Source: Marsupella aquatica (taxonomy: Eukaryota > Plantae > Marchantiophyta). Taken from it: a DNA stretch of 64,000 nt. Below, piece after piece: positions 37,717-49,823 of this stretch (positions are counted from its first letter, which is position 1; the number at the start of each line of letters is the position of its first letter). A model generated the notes under the pieces. It ran no database searches, was not told where the DNA came from, and was given only the letters and a program-made list of their open reading frames with translations. A program made the position numbers and the translations under genes. Where the stretch lies: positions 634,917 to 698,916 of the forward strand of contig OZ316892.1 in the NCBI GenBank assembly GCA_973895155.1, in the 5' to 3' direction.

Positions 37717-40254
37717 CCTCGAATTCAGTCAAGGGAACCCTAATCGATTTAACAACTGGGACAATCCATGGCGTGATTGCCTGTCGGTGATTTGATTTGC
37801 ATTCTCTTGCAAAGTCTAGAAGTTATGCTTGGGTGCTCAAGAAGGTGGCTAAAACCTTTCTGGATACATTACAGAAAGAACTCCAATCTTTCTACGCTTG
37901 CCATCTATTGGTGAGATTGCTGTGCAGCATTCATAGGATGGACTTGTATTTGTACTGTAATGCCCTCGCCAATCTGTCCAAAGCACTTGAACATAGAACC
38001 AGTCCTCCTTGTCACCTCTGGTTATTGCGGTTTGGGGATCCAATTCAGCCCGCTGCTGCTAACCGGCGACTGTAGCAGCGACTGCACTGTATATGAAGAA
38101 GAAAGCAGATCGATAAGTATAGCCGTCGATTATTCAAAGAATAGAATGAAGACCACGTTCTCTTTAACGAGTGACATCATGAGCTGTTTTACGTTTGGTT
38201 AGGAATGATTTTGTTCCCCAATGCCTAGTTATATTGGGTCCGTGTCTTCGATCTAGGATGGAGTCTTTTACCCACAGGCCGACTCTGTATTTATTTGTTA
38301 TGCAGTGAGCCTCAAGTCAATCAAGTAACTTTCCTGAAGTAAAATGGCATTGAAAGTTCACCAGGTAGCAAAATCTAGTGTCCTATATGCTAAGACCTCT
38401 GTGCGTGTTACCTATCTAAGTGCATGATCAACAGACGAAAGTAAAAAATGATGGGGAATGGACATGGGCCGGCCAACTTGTCATGTTTTGTCCGTCCCCC
38501 GGATTCGTCAAAATGGGGTCCGTTTGGGAGAAAACGGAAAACATGCAGAAAAGTATATGGAGGGGGAAGGTCTTTTTTCTAGCGGGGTTGGTTCGACTCA
38601 CGACAGTTTCTTTTTCTGTTGTTTTCCACTTGATTTTCCGTCCCAATAATCTTCCAAGTTGGCGTTCTTCTCCATTACGAATCATTGATGCAACATATCG
38701 TGTGCATTACACACACTTTGAACTCTCCTTTGCATCTATCGTTCTCATTAGTCAAAGTTATGCCTTCCCTACCTGCTTGACTCTCGATTTTCCTTTTCAA
38801 CTCTTTTCCAGGGCATTCAACTTCTGTTAGAAGTTCTTCCGCTCCTTCCAATCCACCCCACTACTACCTTTTGTTTCAACTCTTTCCTTTGTGGCTTGCT
38901 CAACGTGCTTAACTCCGGCTCCCTACCGGCCCATTTGTTCGAATTTTCTTTCAACTCTCCTCACCGTCTGCCCCCTTTCTGCCCTTTTTTTTCTTCCAGT
39001 TTTCTCTCAGCCTACGTCTTGTTGCATCCTTTGTCTTGTCTTTCAACTCTTCGCCTTGCTTGTCATCGTTTGCACTAACTACACAGCCTGTCTAATGGGC
39101 ACTGAACCAAGTAAAGAGTGGACAACAAGTGCAATTGCATAAACGGGCATTGAACTCGGTTGAGTGGATAACACTTTGCTCGCAATTTTCCCAACTGTCG
39201 CATGTCTCTCGAATTTCTCTGCAGCTGCTGTCCTCCATGTGGACCAGTTTTTGCGCCACCAACACTGACATGATTGAACTAGTGAGGGGATAAAACGAGC
39301 ACTTCCTTGCCAACTTTGGTTCTCCTTTCAACTCTCGTTTCTGCCTGCCATCTTACCCTTGGACTTTGGGATTTTGTTTTGACCTCTCTTGTACAACTTT
39401 ACAAATTCTCAACTCTCCTTACTGTCCACCATATTCCATGCCGACTGTTTTCCACAGCTTTTCTGGATTGATAGCAAAGACTTTGTGCCATGCAACTTGT
39501 CAATGTAACAAAAGAGCTAGGCATCAGCTTTTTGCATTGGATATTTAGGATACCCTGAACCCAAAAGAATTCTGGCATATCGGTGTCGCATGAAAGAAAT
39601 ATTTTTTTAGGCGTTTTTGTGAATCTTGACTTTTAGGCTGGGAGCAACCAAACGTTGGAATAGTCAGGTTGGGGGACAATTGGATTGATCTGGTGAGGTG
39701 GTCACTGATTCAATCCATGTAGTGGGGCTGATTGGACATAGTCAGGTTTGGGGCCATGTAATTGGATTGATCTGGTAGCTTCTTGTGAGGCGGTGACTGA
39801 ATTAATCCATGTAGTGGGACCAAGAATTCAATGCAGGAGCTGTACCTACTGGAACAAAGGGGAAGGTCTCTTACAATCTAATCTAACTATGCTATGCCAT
39901 ACACATGCTTATTATGGAGGGGCCCAGAGAACATACCAATTAAAGATAGAAAGCCCTTGCACTCATGTATCTGATGAGCCAATAAAATATATCCAAGTTC
40001 CATGTAACAGAATCCTCATTCCGTTGACCCAGTTTTTCCAGGCGGGATGCACGCAAAGTCGAATTAAAGAGGCATATGCAGGGAAAGCTCGACTTCGTGA
40101 CTCAACTTGCATGAGCTGAACGTTAAGTTCTCGTTGACCACGACCTATAGGAACCAGGCTATCCACTGCTTTCAATCCCGTTCTTATTCTTTAAAAAATC
40201 CATCAGCATTATTGTGGGAAAATTTTCATGAAAATTAATCGTCACCTTCCAGGC

Positions 40255-40720
40255 AAGTTGCGATACCAATTGTTGAGAAACGAAAGATTACATTCACAAA
40301 GACATGTCCATGATCATCCAACGCATAAATAATTGACACAAAGAGATATGTGGTTTACCTTGGCTTTGGCTACGCCCATAGGAACACACAAAATTTTATT
40401 GCGCTCCATTGGCCATAGCAAGTCTCCGCAATACAAGATCTTACTATCTTTCAATTGACTCAATACCAGTGTGAGCAAATACAACTTGGAATATAGTGTG
40501 CAACCTAGTTAACCTAACCTACTCCACGACTAAGATCAACCCTAACTATGGTTACAGTCGTAACCCTAGACCTAAGAGTAAATGTCTAACACATATTGCT
40601 CAATGCTTTCTCACACACCCAAGCACTTGTTTAATTAAAGTTACTTCTTCCAAGGTACTATAGAGGAAAGTGACACCATCCATTTGATCTAACAACACAC
40701 CAAACATAACAAACACACAC
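40255..40720 (-). mobile_element. Degraded LTR retrotransposon remnant (LTR end + PBS-like sequence)
   Basis: The minus strand reads ...CTCAACA ATTGGTATCGC, resembling an LTR 3' CA followed by a tRNA-iMet PBS (TGGTATC). No partner LTR was found. Confidence 0.4.
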
Positions 40721-40721
40721 A

Positions 40722-40988
40722 ACAGTCAATTTTTGAGTACTTTGTAATTGGTAAGAAGACCATGTTATACACATTTTTCCTATGTGAATCCCTTGGTTAC
40801 AAGCCTAGATTTGTAGGTCTTTGCTTTACCACTTGTAGAGTTATTGATGGACAAGCTTATCCATAGAAGCTCTACAAGTGGTAAAGCAAAGACCTACAAA
40901 TCTAGGCTTGTAACCAAGGGATTCACATAGGAAAAAGGTGTATAACATGGTCTTCTTACCAATTACAAAGTACTCAAAAATTGACTGT
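40722..40988. repeat. Near-perfect inverted repeat (119-bp arms, 29-bp spacer) of copia RT origin
   Basis: 40722-40840 is the reverse complement of 40870-40988 with one mismatch seen. The right arm reads YKSRLVTKGFT*EKGV, like the copia motif YKARLVAKGFTQ.EG. Confidence 0.92.
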
Positions 40989-43623
40989 GGATCAATGATC
41001 ATTTCTCTCTTTGCATTGTTGTAGTCCACTTATGCTTGTCCTTCAAAACACAAGCTTCCTGATAGAAAGAAGGTTCCTCTTCCTCCAAAATCAACGCAAC
41101 ACCATCATCAGATGTTTACTTAGAATAAATACTTCAAGCTTTGATTTGCCAACCTCTTGGAAGCTCACACAAGATGATTGGATGACCTTCTAGTCGATAA
41201 TTCTGGTTGCATGATCTACTTGACTATGCTAGTTGGTTTTGAGGCTTGATCAACAACAATAATTTGCTGCTCACCAGCCACAAACTGCTCATTTTGTGCT
41301 TGTGGTGCATGAAACAACTCTATGATGAGAGGAGGTATTTACACATGATAGTGACCATAAAATATAACAGTAGATAGCAAAAAATGCCCTAATATATTCT
41401 CCCAATGTTTCAATGAACCTTTGGATATAAAATAAAGGCAATCTTCAAAAAACAGGTCTTTTATTGTTTATTTATTTTTGTTTGGAAAAGGGGGTGTGGA
41501 GGCCGTCAATAACACACAAGGGAACGAAAGCCACCCAGGAACAAAAACAACAGGCCCCAATGCTCGGGGCCCAATGGGTAGGAAAAGCAAAGCAACACCG
41601 CCCGACCGGGGACCCAACCCCAACCCCCACAAGCCCAAACAAGGGGGGCCCAAGAGCACCTCAAACTCTCCTCCACACTATTCTCTCCGTAAGCCTTTGG
41701 TAAATCCTATTCTGATCAGGGTTCTGCTGTCTACCGTTCTGTCCATTCAAACTCTCCTATGTGTTCTCCATCTGGTCAAGCGTGATCTCCATCTGGTCAA
41801 GCACACACACACATTATATATGGCTAGTAGCCACTTAACCCAAAATGGCCATGGTTGGGGACAGGAAGACAGGGAGGCGGTCCCAAGCTGGCGGCAGTCG
41901 TAGTGCTGGCCGATGCTGTGCTTCCGGATTGCTTGTATCTACCATGTAAAACTGGTATGTGAGGTGGGGTTGGGTGGGACCATGAATATACACTTTTGAG
42001 TCTATATAGTCACACAAAAAGACCCTTTGCTGCCTCCAGGGTAAATTCCCCCTATTCCCTGCCCATTTTCCTACCTTAATCTATTGGGTTGGCAATTTTT
42101 GGTGCTGTCCATCTTATGTTAAACACTACCGGGTCTTTTGCCTTGCCCATTTTCCTACCTACATCTATTGTGCAAATGAGTGCATCACATGGGCTCCTAC
42201 ACTGGCCACCTAAGTGGTCTCCTCCCTCCCTCCAACCTTCTATCAGCATATCCTGTGCCAACAATCTTCCTTGCAAATCATATTCTGCTCAAGAATTTTC
42301 TTGCACCAGGTGGCAGTAGGCTATGGTTGCATTTCTGTGTCTATGAGAATGATCACCTTTGACTTGAGATCCGACTCCTGCCTCCCCTTTTTCATTCTCC
42401 ACGGGATTCTCCACCAACCCAATTGCTACCTCTTTTTTTAAATGTCCTGCTAGCCACCTCCCCTCGCCACTTGTTCAACTCCTACCGTTTCTTTCAAGGC
42501 TACTGTCACCCACCATCTCTTCTTCCAACAACACAAATTTTGTGTGCACTACCGATACCAACCATCTCTTCTTCCAACAACACAAATTTGGTGTGCACAA
42601 CCGATACGTAGCATTATTGACATAGCTTTCCTGATCAAAGTCTAGCTCACCTTATTATTGCTCCTAATTGAAGGTGATTTTAAATAAAATTTCTGTTTTC
42701 CGCTGAGTCTTTTGCCTCAAAAGGTTTCTTGTATATTACAATAAGATAATTCACAGTACAGCGAGGGACAAAACATGGACCGGACATTGCAACTAATTTT
42801 TGGTCCTTACTTCCATTATTGAAGCATTAGAAAGTGTATCCTATTATCAAACTTCACGCCTTCACCTCCGTCCTCTTATCAGAAGGGCCACTATCACTAA
42901 TCGAGAAAGTGATGTCTCTCTGAATTTTGGATGCTCCTGTGGTAACGAGTAGCACCGCCACCACCGAACTCAACCAGTAACGAGAAGATCTCGATACTCT
43001 AAAGTATCCCGATATGCCATTCAGAAATTCGAGCGTGGCCCAATTCACGCCTCTAACGAAAACTTTCTCCTATAGCTATGCCAATATTTTACAGGTGCAA
43101 CTGCAATAATGCAAGCACAGAGATGAAATGTCGTACTTCTATTTCCAGGTTATGACCTGGTCCACCCTTTCTCTGTGATCTCAGTTGAGTACTAGGATAC
43201 CGAGTCGGTTCCACATCTGTTCCAGTTGTTTTAACTTTCATCGAGTCTATCCTCCGCACCTGTACCAGAAGTCCTCGAACTTCCTGCTCGTTCTGTACAT
43301 GGCTGCAAAACTGTGGCCGTAACTTTCATGAAACCAGCAACTAGGAAGTCACCATGCCTTCGAGTTAGGGGAAGTCCAGGAACAGCAAGCACGTTTGTCA
43401 ATCTCCAAGACATTTGAGCCTAGAAAAAAATTGGATGATTTCATCGGACAGAAGTCTGCGAGTACGTGGGCGGCAGAGCATGCACTCAGCAGCAGGCCAA
43501 TAAGTTTGTGGAGATCTGCAGCCATTACCATTTCAACATTCGAATTCTATCCCGTCAGCAAGTGAAGTACTTCCGTTGAAGACCTTGGCAAAATGCTCCT
43601 TCCCTACCATTAGTGCTTGGAAT

Positions 43624-45383
43624 CTAACTTTCCAGAAAGAATTCTGGGTCTCCTTCTAGTCGAAGCATATGCTCAGGCGTGAGAGAAATATATGCCTTGA
43701 TATAACCATCAGTTTGGCCCGGTAACATGATTACAGAACCGTCATAGGGATTGTTTCCAGGGGCAGCAACAAGAGGCTTTCCAGACCCGAAATCCGCTTC
43801 ATGAAACTGCATTCGGACCCAGCTGGCAATAGAAATGTCATGTCCTCCTTCATCACCAGCATTAACATTCATAGCAACCGGCTCATCGAAATGTTCAACA
43901 AAAGCGATTAAGGATCGCATATATTCTTCGGAGAATCCAGAGATGGCGTTCCGTATCAGACCAGCAGCATATGACAGAGGCTGCTTGACTATCTCTCCAG
44001 CTGTAGTTGTTGCAGACACGAAGCAAATGGCATTGCCAAAGTAGCCCTCTGGAAGATTGGGCTTCAATCTCTTTCTGGCATCTAAGGTGGTCAAGAGCTT
44101 GATGTTTGCACTAGGGTCCAGGCATCGTGCTTTCGTGACTGACTGCCAAACATGTGCATTAATGCTTTCAAACGTAGAGAATGCCCCAGCTACCCCTTCC
44201 ACCGAAGCCTTGATTTTTACTTTCTTTAGCTGTGCTGGACTAAATACAAACATTCGTTCTGTTGGCCAGGTACTAAGATCCCTCTTAGGGGCTACAGCTG
44301 CTATGTTCCCGATGGGTCTCAACTCACTTGGTTTGAAATTGGGAGCATGTGCTTTTGTAGACTTTAGCAATGTGCGGTTATGAACTGGTGGATTTGACAA
44401 TTCTACTCCTCTTGCTAATTCAGACCACGAAGTAATGAATTGATTGACAGAAAGACCATCAGTTACTGTGTGAATACTTGACGCCACCAGAGCTGCACCT
44501 CCACAGGCAAAGCGAGTTACCTGTTGCACGCCAAGTAAGAAAATAAGTTTTGTCAGATTAAAAATCATTCGCAGTAACAAGAAATTGCCAAGATGAAAAA
44601 TTGCTCTCCTTCAGTTTGGTCAGCCACCTCGCTCGTGTGCTTGTGGGCAAAATTTGAGGGAGCTGATCTTCGACTTGGAAGCTATGTATCTTTCAAGACG
44701 AGGACACTGCGATAATTTCTAGCCTTATACAATGTAATCAAATTTCAAATCCTTATTAAGGCCCTGATCTGTCCGCAGTATTTCTGATGAAGGGTTGTGT
44801 AAGTAATTAGATTCAAGTCTTTCGTGATTTCCCAAAACCAAGAAGTCACCGCTTTGAGAAAGCATTCGCGACAGAATCCGCCCGTCCAGCCGAGGACAGG
44901 CGATTGGCTTTTCTCACTCTCAAACTAATTCTGATTTGAAAGAGAGGAAGGGGAGATCACCTGGGCGTACAGAACCGGGTATTCACAAATGTTACCCAGA
45001 ACAACTGGCACGGGATCCAGCAGCTCGGTGAAAAGCCGATTGGGCTGAAAATCCCCGAAGTCAGTGAGCTTGCCATCCACGGTAGCCTCTACGAACTCTG
45101 CACCGGAGTCGTTGCAAACAAGCTCGAACTTGGAGGCACTATTCGCTTTTCGTTGCAGTCGACCGGAGAGAGGAGGAAACTGGAACAACAACTGCTGCAA
45201 AGACTGCAGTAGAACCTCCGTCGGGAGCACAGGTTTCCCTCCCGCCTGTGCTCCATAGAACAGCAGTATTGGAACATGGCGTGGCCGTACGAAGTGATCA
45301 GCTCCAGACAGGTACATCACGTTATGCTCTTCGGCTGGTATTTCGCCTTTCACAATCAAGGCCTTCCTCGACAGAATCCTCAT
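43624..45383 (-). CDS. BAHD acyl-CoA-dependent acyltransferase, 2 exons
   Basis: Exons 45383-44961 and 44520-43624, with the family-typical intron at Q|VTRFACGG. Motifs FPPLSGRL, HTVTDG (HxxxD), YFGNA and DFGSG (DFGWG variant). 439 aa, frame intact. Confidence 0.95.
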
Positions 45384-47364
45384 CGTAAGTATTGTTTCTC
45401 ACTACCCCGTCACCAAAAGCAGAAATTGACACTTTCCAGAATGGATGGTTGCAACAGCTTCCTTCGCTTCCAGCTGTTACCTTCGGCTAGACGCACAAAC
45501 CAGGCTTCGCTTGCTAAGAGATCTGCAATACAGATACTGGAAAGACAAATCTCTAGTAAGAGATGGAGGGAACCTCATACGGCTAGCCAACAACTAATAA
45601 ATCGACATAGGTGGAGACGAATATGATCTTAAATCAAAACACAAAATGAGGAACTGACAATAGAAGAAACAGAAACAGGAAGGAAAACACTGTTGACTCC
45701 CTACCACTCCACGCGGAGAAAGCATGAATTGTTTAAGAAACCCAGGGACTAATAAACAGAACGGACCGACCGGTTGGGAGGCTACCATTGGGCGACAATC
45801 ACGGAACTCTAACCTCCCAAAGGACGAGACGTACCGATCAAAGACATACAAAGAAACGGTAAAACATTGGACTGAAAGCCAGGCGGTAGGCAGCTCCGAT
45901 GATGAGCCTCCAGGACAATTCGGCTACTGACTTCAACTCCCGCGAGAGGCACTTTGCTCTTGATTATGAGGTAATTCGAGTACTACAGTGTGAACCGGCT
46001 CCGAAACAACAAAATTTTCAACAACTACCTGGATCTTCAGATCCCCAGCTGAAAGTCCCACACATTGGTCTTAAAACCGCTGTGAATCACCCCATCGACA
46101 GCCAAGCAAAACACGCACCTCCGAGTTGCGAAAAGCGCAAGGCTGCACCAGCAGCGGGCTGGCGAGCTCGCTTGATAGGTCTTCGTTCGACAGCCCTGCC
46201 GTGTTGCAGTCCGCCCAAGAAATCGATGAGGGGAACGAGCCTCTTCCCCATCAACTTGGCGTGATTGCCATCGTCGACTTCACTCCGAAGTACTGAGACA
46301 GTCTTTCACGGAATCAGTCCCTCCGACGTGTCTTCCTCGTTTGCCTGCTCTACGATACTGTCTTGGCTCCGTTCCGGCCCTTCCGGTTCACAACAAAAGC
46401 ACTGGGTCTGTGGGACCAGAAGATCCCACGGCCTTCCCTAGGATGGCATCCGCAGTAGGTGGGTGGGTGGTGGTCGGGGGCGAAAGTGCACATTGCAGAA
46501 AGGTGAGCTTCTATAAACGGTTCCACTCCACGGAAACGCCTGCCGTTGCCGAGCTTTCGAATTGTTTCTTTCTATTCTGCCGGTCTGGGAATGAATTGAC
46601 CGAGCTTGCAATTCCAGCTACCGCGGCTTACGTTACTCGGCGCGTGTCTCAACGACGACCACCCTTGGAGTCCTCCGAGCCGAAAGGAGGCCCATCGGTC
46701 AATAAATAGGCAACCGTACACAAATGTAGCACTGCACATTATTACTGTGCTGTAGTGGTACTCTCATGAGTAGTCTCTCCCTGATACACGACGGCATGAG
46801 TACTTGAGTAGTCTCTCCCTGATACACGACGGACCGCAGAGAGTGGAACGCACGGTGTTGCAGCATTATGTCGCCGTACAGTGTCGGAGGAGTGTACAGT
46901 CTTTCGTGCCTAAGTGCTTCAAGTATAAGTGCACTTTGTGGGTAACTGCAGGTCGATCGTGCAATCCCTTAATATTATAGTATAGTGGCCCCTGGATAAA
47001 CGCACCCTCTCGGGAAGAACGATCTGGCATGCACTTAAGCAGTGCATGATTTGATAAGCGCACATCCCACTAAAAGTGCTGTAATAGATAAGTGTGCTTA
47101 ATTTAAGATCCTTTGTTAAATGTGTAATTATCCAAGGTTTCCAAGTTTTTGAGACCAAATTGTCTGGGCGATGGCAGATTGAGCACTACCAAATGAATGA
47201 ACAATGATATGGACTCCAGAACTCACCATGCACATTGTAAATAGTGCAATATACCCAGATCACACAGACATTCCGTGAAATCAACCTTTATTTCAAAATG
47301 AGAACATTAGTGTCAAGTGTGTAGTAAAAACAAAAGTGGTCTGTCTACAGTTCCTATAGTGGGC

Positions 47365-47904
47365 CTACACAACTTCTTCAGTACCGACAGCAGTATGGAT
47401 TGAGTAGTCCCCTTCAACTAAGGAGCTTTCTGCCTGGTCTACTTCGCCCTCCACAGCCTCAGCATTGTATTTCCCTTCAATATAGGTCCATCTGCCATCT
47501 GGGCTAAAAGTTCCGTTCAATTTCTTCCACCTATGAAGCTGGCCAAAGCATTCGCCATCCAGATCAAGCCGAAAATGGAACTCTGCTACCTGGCGATGTG
47601 TCGTAAGGCAAGCAGTCACCCAATCCCAGGATACACAGCAGATGCTTGATGACAATCGAAACGGGCACTTCCAGCAAACACATTGTTTCTCAATGATAGT
47701 TGACCACGAAGAGGTGATGATGTGGGTAGTGCTAGGGTTCATCTCCGTGGCAAAGACTCCCCCGAAAAGCTTGAATCTGTCACGGAGAACAGTGTATCGT
47801 GTCCATCCCACCTTCCCATCAAACATGAAGCATGCATTGACCCCTCGGAAAAACTGATCTTCCAAAGGTGCTACGAGGGGGGCGGGCTGCTTTCGTTTCG
47901 GGAT
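47365..47904 (-). CDS. Stand-alone BRCT-domain ORF resembling the N-terminus of X-family DNA polymerase lambda
   Basis: (I)PKRKQPAPLVAPLEDQFFRGVNACFMFDGKVGWTRYTVLRDRFKLFGGVFATEMNPSTTHII...VSWDWVTACL shows BRCT hallmarks F.G, GG, THII and W..C. There is no in-frame ATG before the domain (ATC at 47902-47904), so it may be a pseudogene or a spliced exon. Confidence 0.7.
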   Translation of the reverse strand: MPKRKQPAPLVAPLEDQFFRGVNACFMFDGKVGWTRYTVLRDRFKLFGGVFATEMNPSTTHIITSSWSTIIEKQCVCWKCPFRLSSSICCVSWDWVTACLTTHRQVAEFHFRLDLDGECFGQLHRWKKLNGTFSPDGRWTYIEGKYNAEAVEGEVDQAESSLVEGDYSIHTAVGTEEVV

Positions 47905-48143
47905 AGCAGCGCTCAGAAATAGCCTCGCCTTGCCCCCTCTTTCTTGCGCTCAAAATAGCCTCGACTTGCCCTGTTCACCTTCTGCACCTTCAAAACACAA
48001 TAGGAAAAAAAGACAATGGAGGAGAGTTCGCAACCCTGCAGGTTTTATGGCGCCAAGGGCAAACATGGGGCTGTCCTTCCCGCCATCTGTTGCCCTAGTA
48101 CTTAAGTGCACAAATGCAAAAATTATCACTTAAGACTTCCAAC

Positions 48144-49823
48144 TCAAAATGTTGCATCCAAAATTCTGCACGCAGCTTGAGCATCGGGATCAAAGAAGCT
48201 TTCAAGACTCGACTGAACAAGGGTCTTCGGGTGCTCCTTTGTACAAGCTTTCATCATTTTCTTCAATTCAAGTGAGATAGAGTAAGTATCCCATTCTTGC
48301 TGCTGGAAAAAAGTCAGCAGATTCTCAAAATGTGACATTCCAACACCAAATGTCATGTGAGGCACTTCCACATAAGCTTCAATTTCGTCACATTCCATAT
48401 AGCCTTGCTGTACTACTTCGTCTCCTGCAATCTCTGCTTCATTTTTGTCCTCACCCTCATTGTCCACTACAAATTCTGAAAGGTCTGCGTCTGTGTCAAA
48501 TGTAGGAGCATTGGTCACAGAGTCAACATTGACATACTCTATGACTGATAAATTCACTGCATAGGTCAGTGACAATTGCAATTGATTCTCAAGATCAGAG
48601 TCCTCCAACGGTACCTCAAGGTCAATTTCACGGGAAACTCGATCTGTTCGCTCATCCCTGAAAATCGTCAGACCACAATGTTCCCAACAATGTTGAATTG
48701 TAGCCTGCGTAACTCCATCATTCCATGCATTTACCATCATCATTACAGCTTGATAGACATCAACTAAAAATGGCTCACCCTTCTCAAAATTGGCTAGTTG
48801 TTTTTGAATGAACAATCTTCGATATTGACACCTAAAGCTCTGAATTATACCTGCATCCATGGGCTGCAGACATGAGGTGGTGTTTGGAGGCAAAAACATG
48901 ACTTTTGTAATTTCCAGCTTGCTGGCAATTGGAGCTAGAAGATGTCCAGGTGCGTTGTCCAGCAGCAAGACCACCTTCTTTCGGCCCAAAGATTTCAACC
49001 GGCTATCGAATCGAAGCACCCAATCCTGAAAAATGTCGCCCTTCATCCATGCTTTTGAATTGCTATACCACATAATGCCCAAGTTGTTTGGTAGCTTGAT
49101 CTTGCGCTGGGAGAAAGCTCGGGGCATTGCAGCCTTGTTAATGACCAGTGGAGGGAGCTTCATGCTGCCATCCATGTTCGCACACAATCCCACTGTGATC
49201 CGTGTCTTGTCTTTCTTTTGTCCTTTGACTGCTTTGTCTCGCAAGGACTTGTTTGATTGCAATCTGAAAAATAGCCCTGTTTCATCCATGTTAAAAACAT
49301 CACAGGGTTCGTAGGCTTGCAATGTAGCTTTGAGAGCTGCGACTTGATCCCATGTATCCTCGGTCACTTGACAAGAGTCAGCTTCACCATGCATGACACG
49401 TAGCTGAATGTTGTGCCATTTTTTGAATCCATGCAACCAACCTGAGCTAAACTTGCAATCCTTGACAGCCGGTACCTTTTCTGAGAGTCGGGCTTGCAAT
49501 CCCTTAGCTTTCTCAACAATCAAATCCTCAGAAATTGTCACTCGAGCTTCTTGGGCAGTGAGGAACCAACGATACAGGCTTTCTTCCAGATCTGGGCAAA
49601 GTGCACTACAATTTTGTTTGACTTCATTTGCAGTCACATTGGCAAGCAATGAGAAAGATTTCTTCAAGATTCTACCAACAGTAGTTTGATGTACCTTAGC
49701 GCCAAATGTTTCTGAAGCCCATTCAACTAGAGCATTGTTTGTGAGCTCTGGATTCTTTTGCTTGTGGCGACACATTTCTCGCTTCTGCTTGTGAGTCAGT
49801 GTAGTCACCTTCCTTTCCTCCAT
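48144..49823 (-). CDS. pogo/Tigger-type transposase (CENP-B-like HTH domains + DDE_1), intact
   Basis: TLTHKQKREMC..., LEESLYRWF, FSSGWLHGFKK, NMDETG, LLLDNAPGH and FLPPNTTSCLQPMD give a DD33D triad, followed by an acidic tail. The ORF is open from 49898; the likely start is Met 49823. Confidence 0.92.
   Translation of the reverse strand: MEERKVTTLTHKQKREMCRHKQKNPELTNNALVEWASETFGAKVHQTTVGRILKKSFSLLANVTANEVKQNCSALCPDLEESLYRWFLTAQEARVTISEDLIVEKAKGLQARLSEKVPAVKDCKFSSGWLHGFKKWHNIQLRVMHGEADSCQVTEDTWDQVAALKATLQAYEPCDVFNMDETGLFFRLQSNKSLRDKAVKGQKKDKTRITVGLCANMDGSMKLPPLVINKAAMPRAFSQRKIKLPNNLGIMWYSNSKAWMKGDIFQDWVLRFDSRLKSLGRKKVVLLLDNAPGHLLAPIASKLEITKVMFLPPNTTSCLQPMDAGIIQSFRCQYRRLFIQKQLANFEKGEPFLVDVYQAVMMMVNAWNDGVTQATIQHCWEHCGLTIFRDERTDRVSREIDLEVPLEDSDLENQLQLSLTYAVNLSVIEYVNVDSVTNAPTFDTDADLSEFVVDNEGEDKNEAEIAGDEVVQQGYMECDEIEAYVEVPHMTFGVGMSHFENLLTFFQQQEWDTYSISLELKKMMKACTKEHPKTLVQSSLESFFDPDAQAACRILDATF

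Noticed and set aside
39655-39820. Short local duplications here and at ~30295-30395, 42510-42608, 46768-46832 and 50612-50788
   Set aside because: Ordinary two-copy tandem duplications in degraded intergenic sequence with no further structure.
91-45383. Phenylpropanoid gene cluster (4CL + BAHD)
   Set aside because: The 4CL is a truncated pseudogene 43 kb away, with unrelated housekeeping genes in between.
45899-46709. GC-rich ORFs upstream of the BAHD gene
   Set aside because: No recognisable domain, and the most protein-like minus-strand frame contains a stop.
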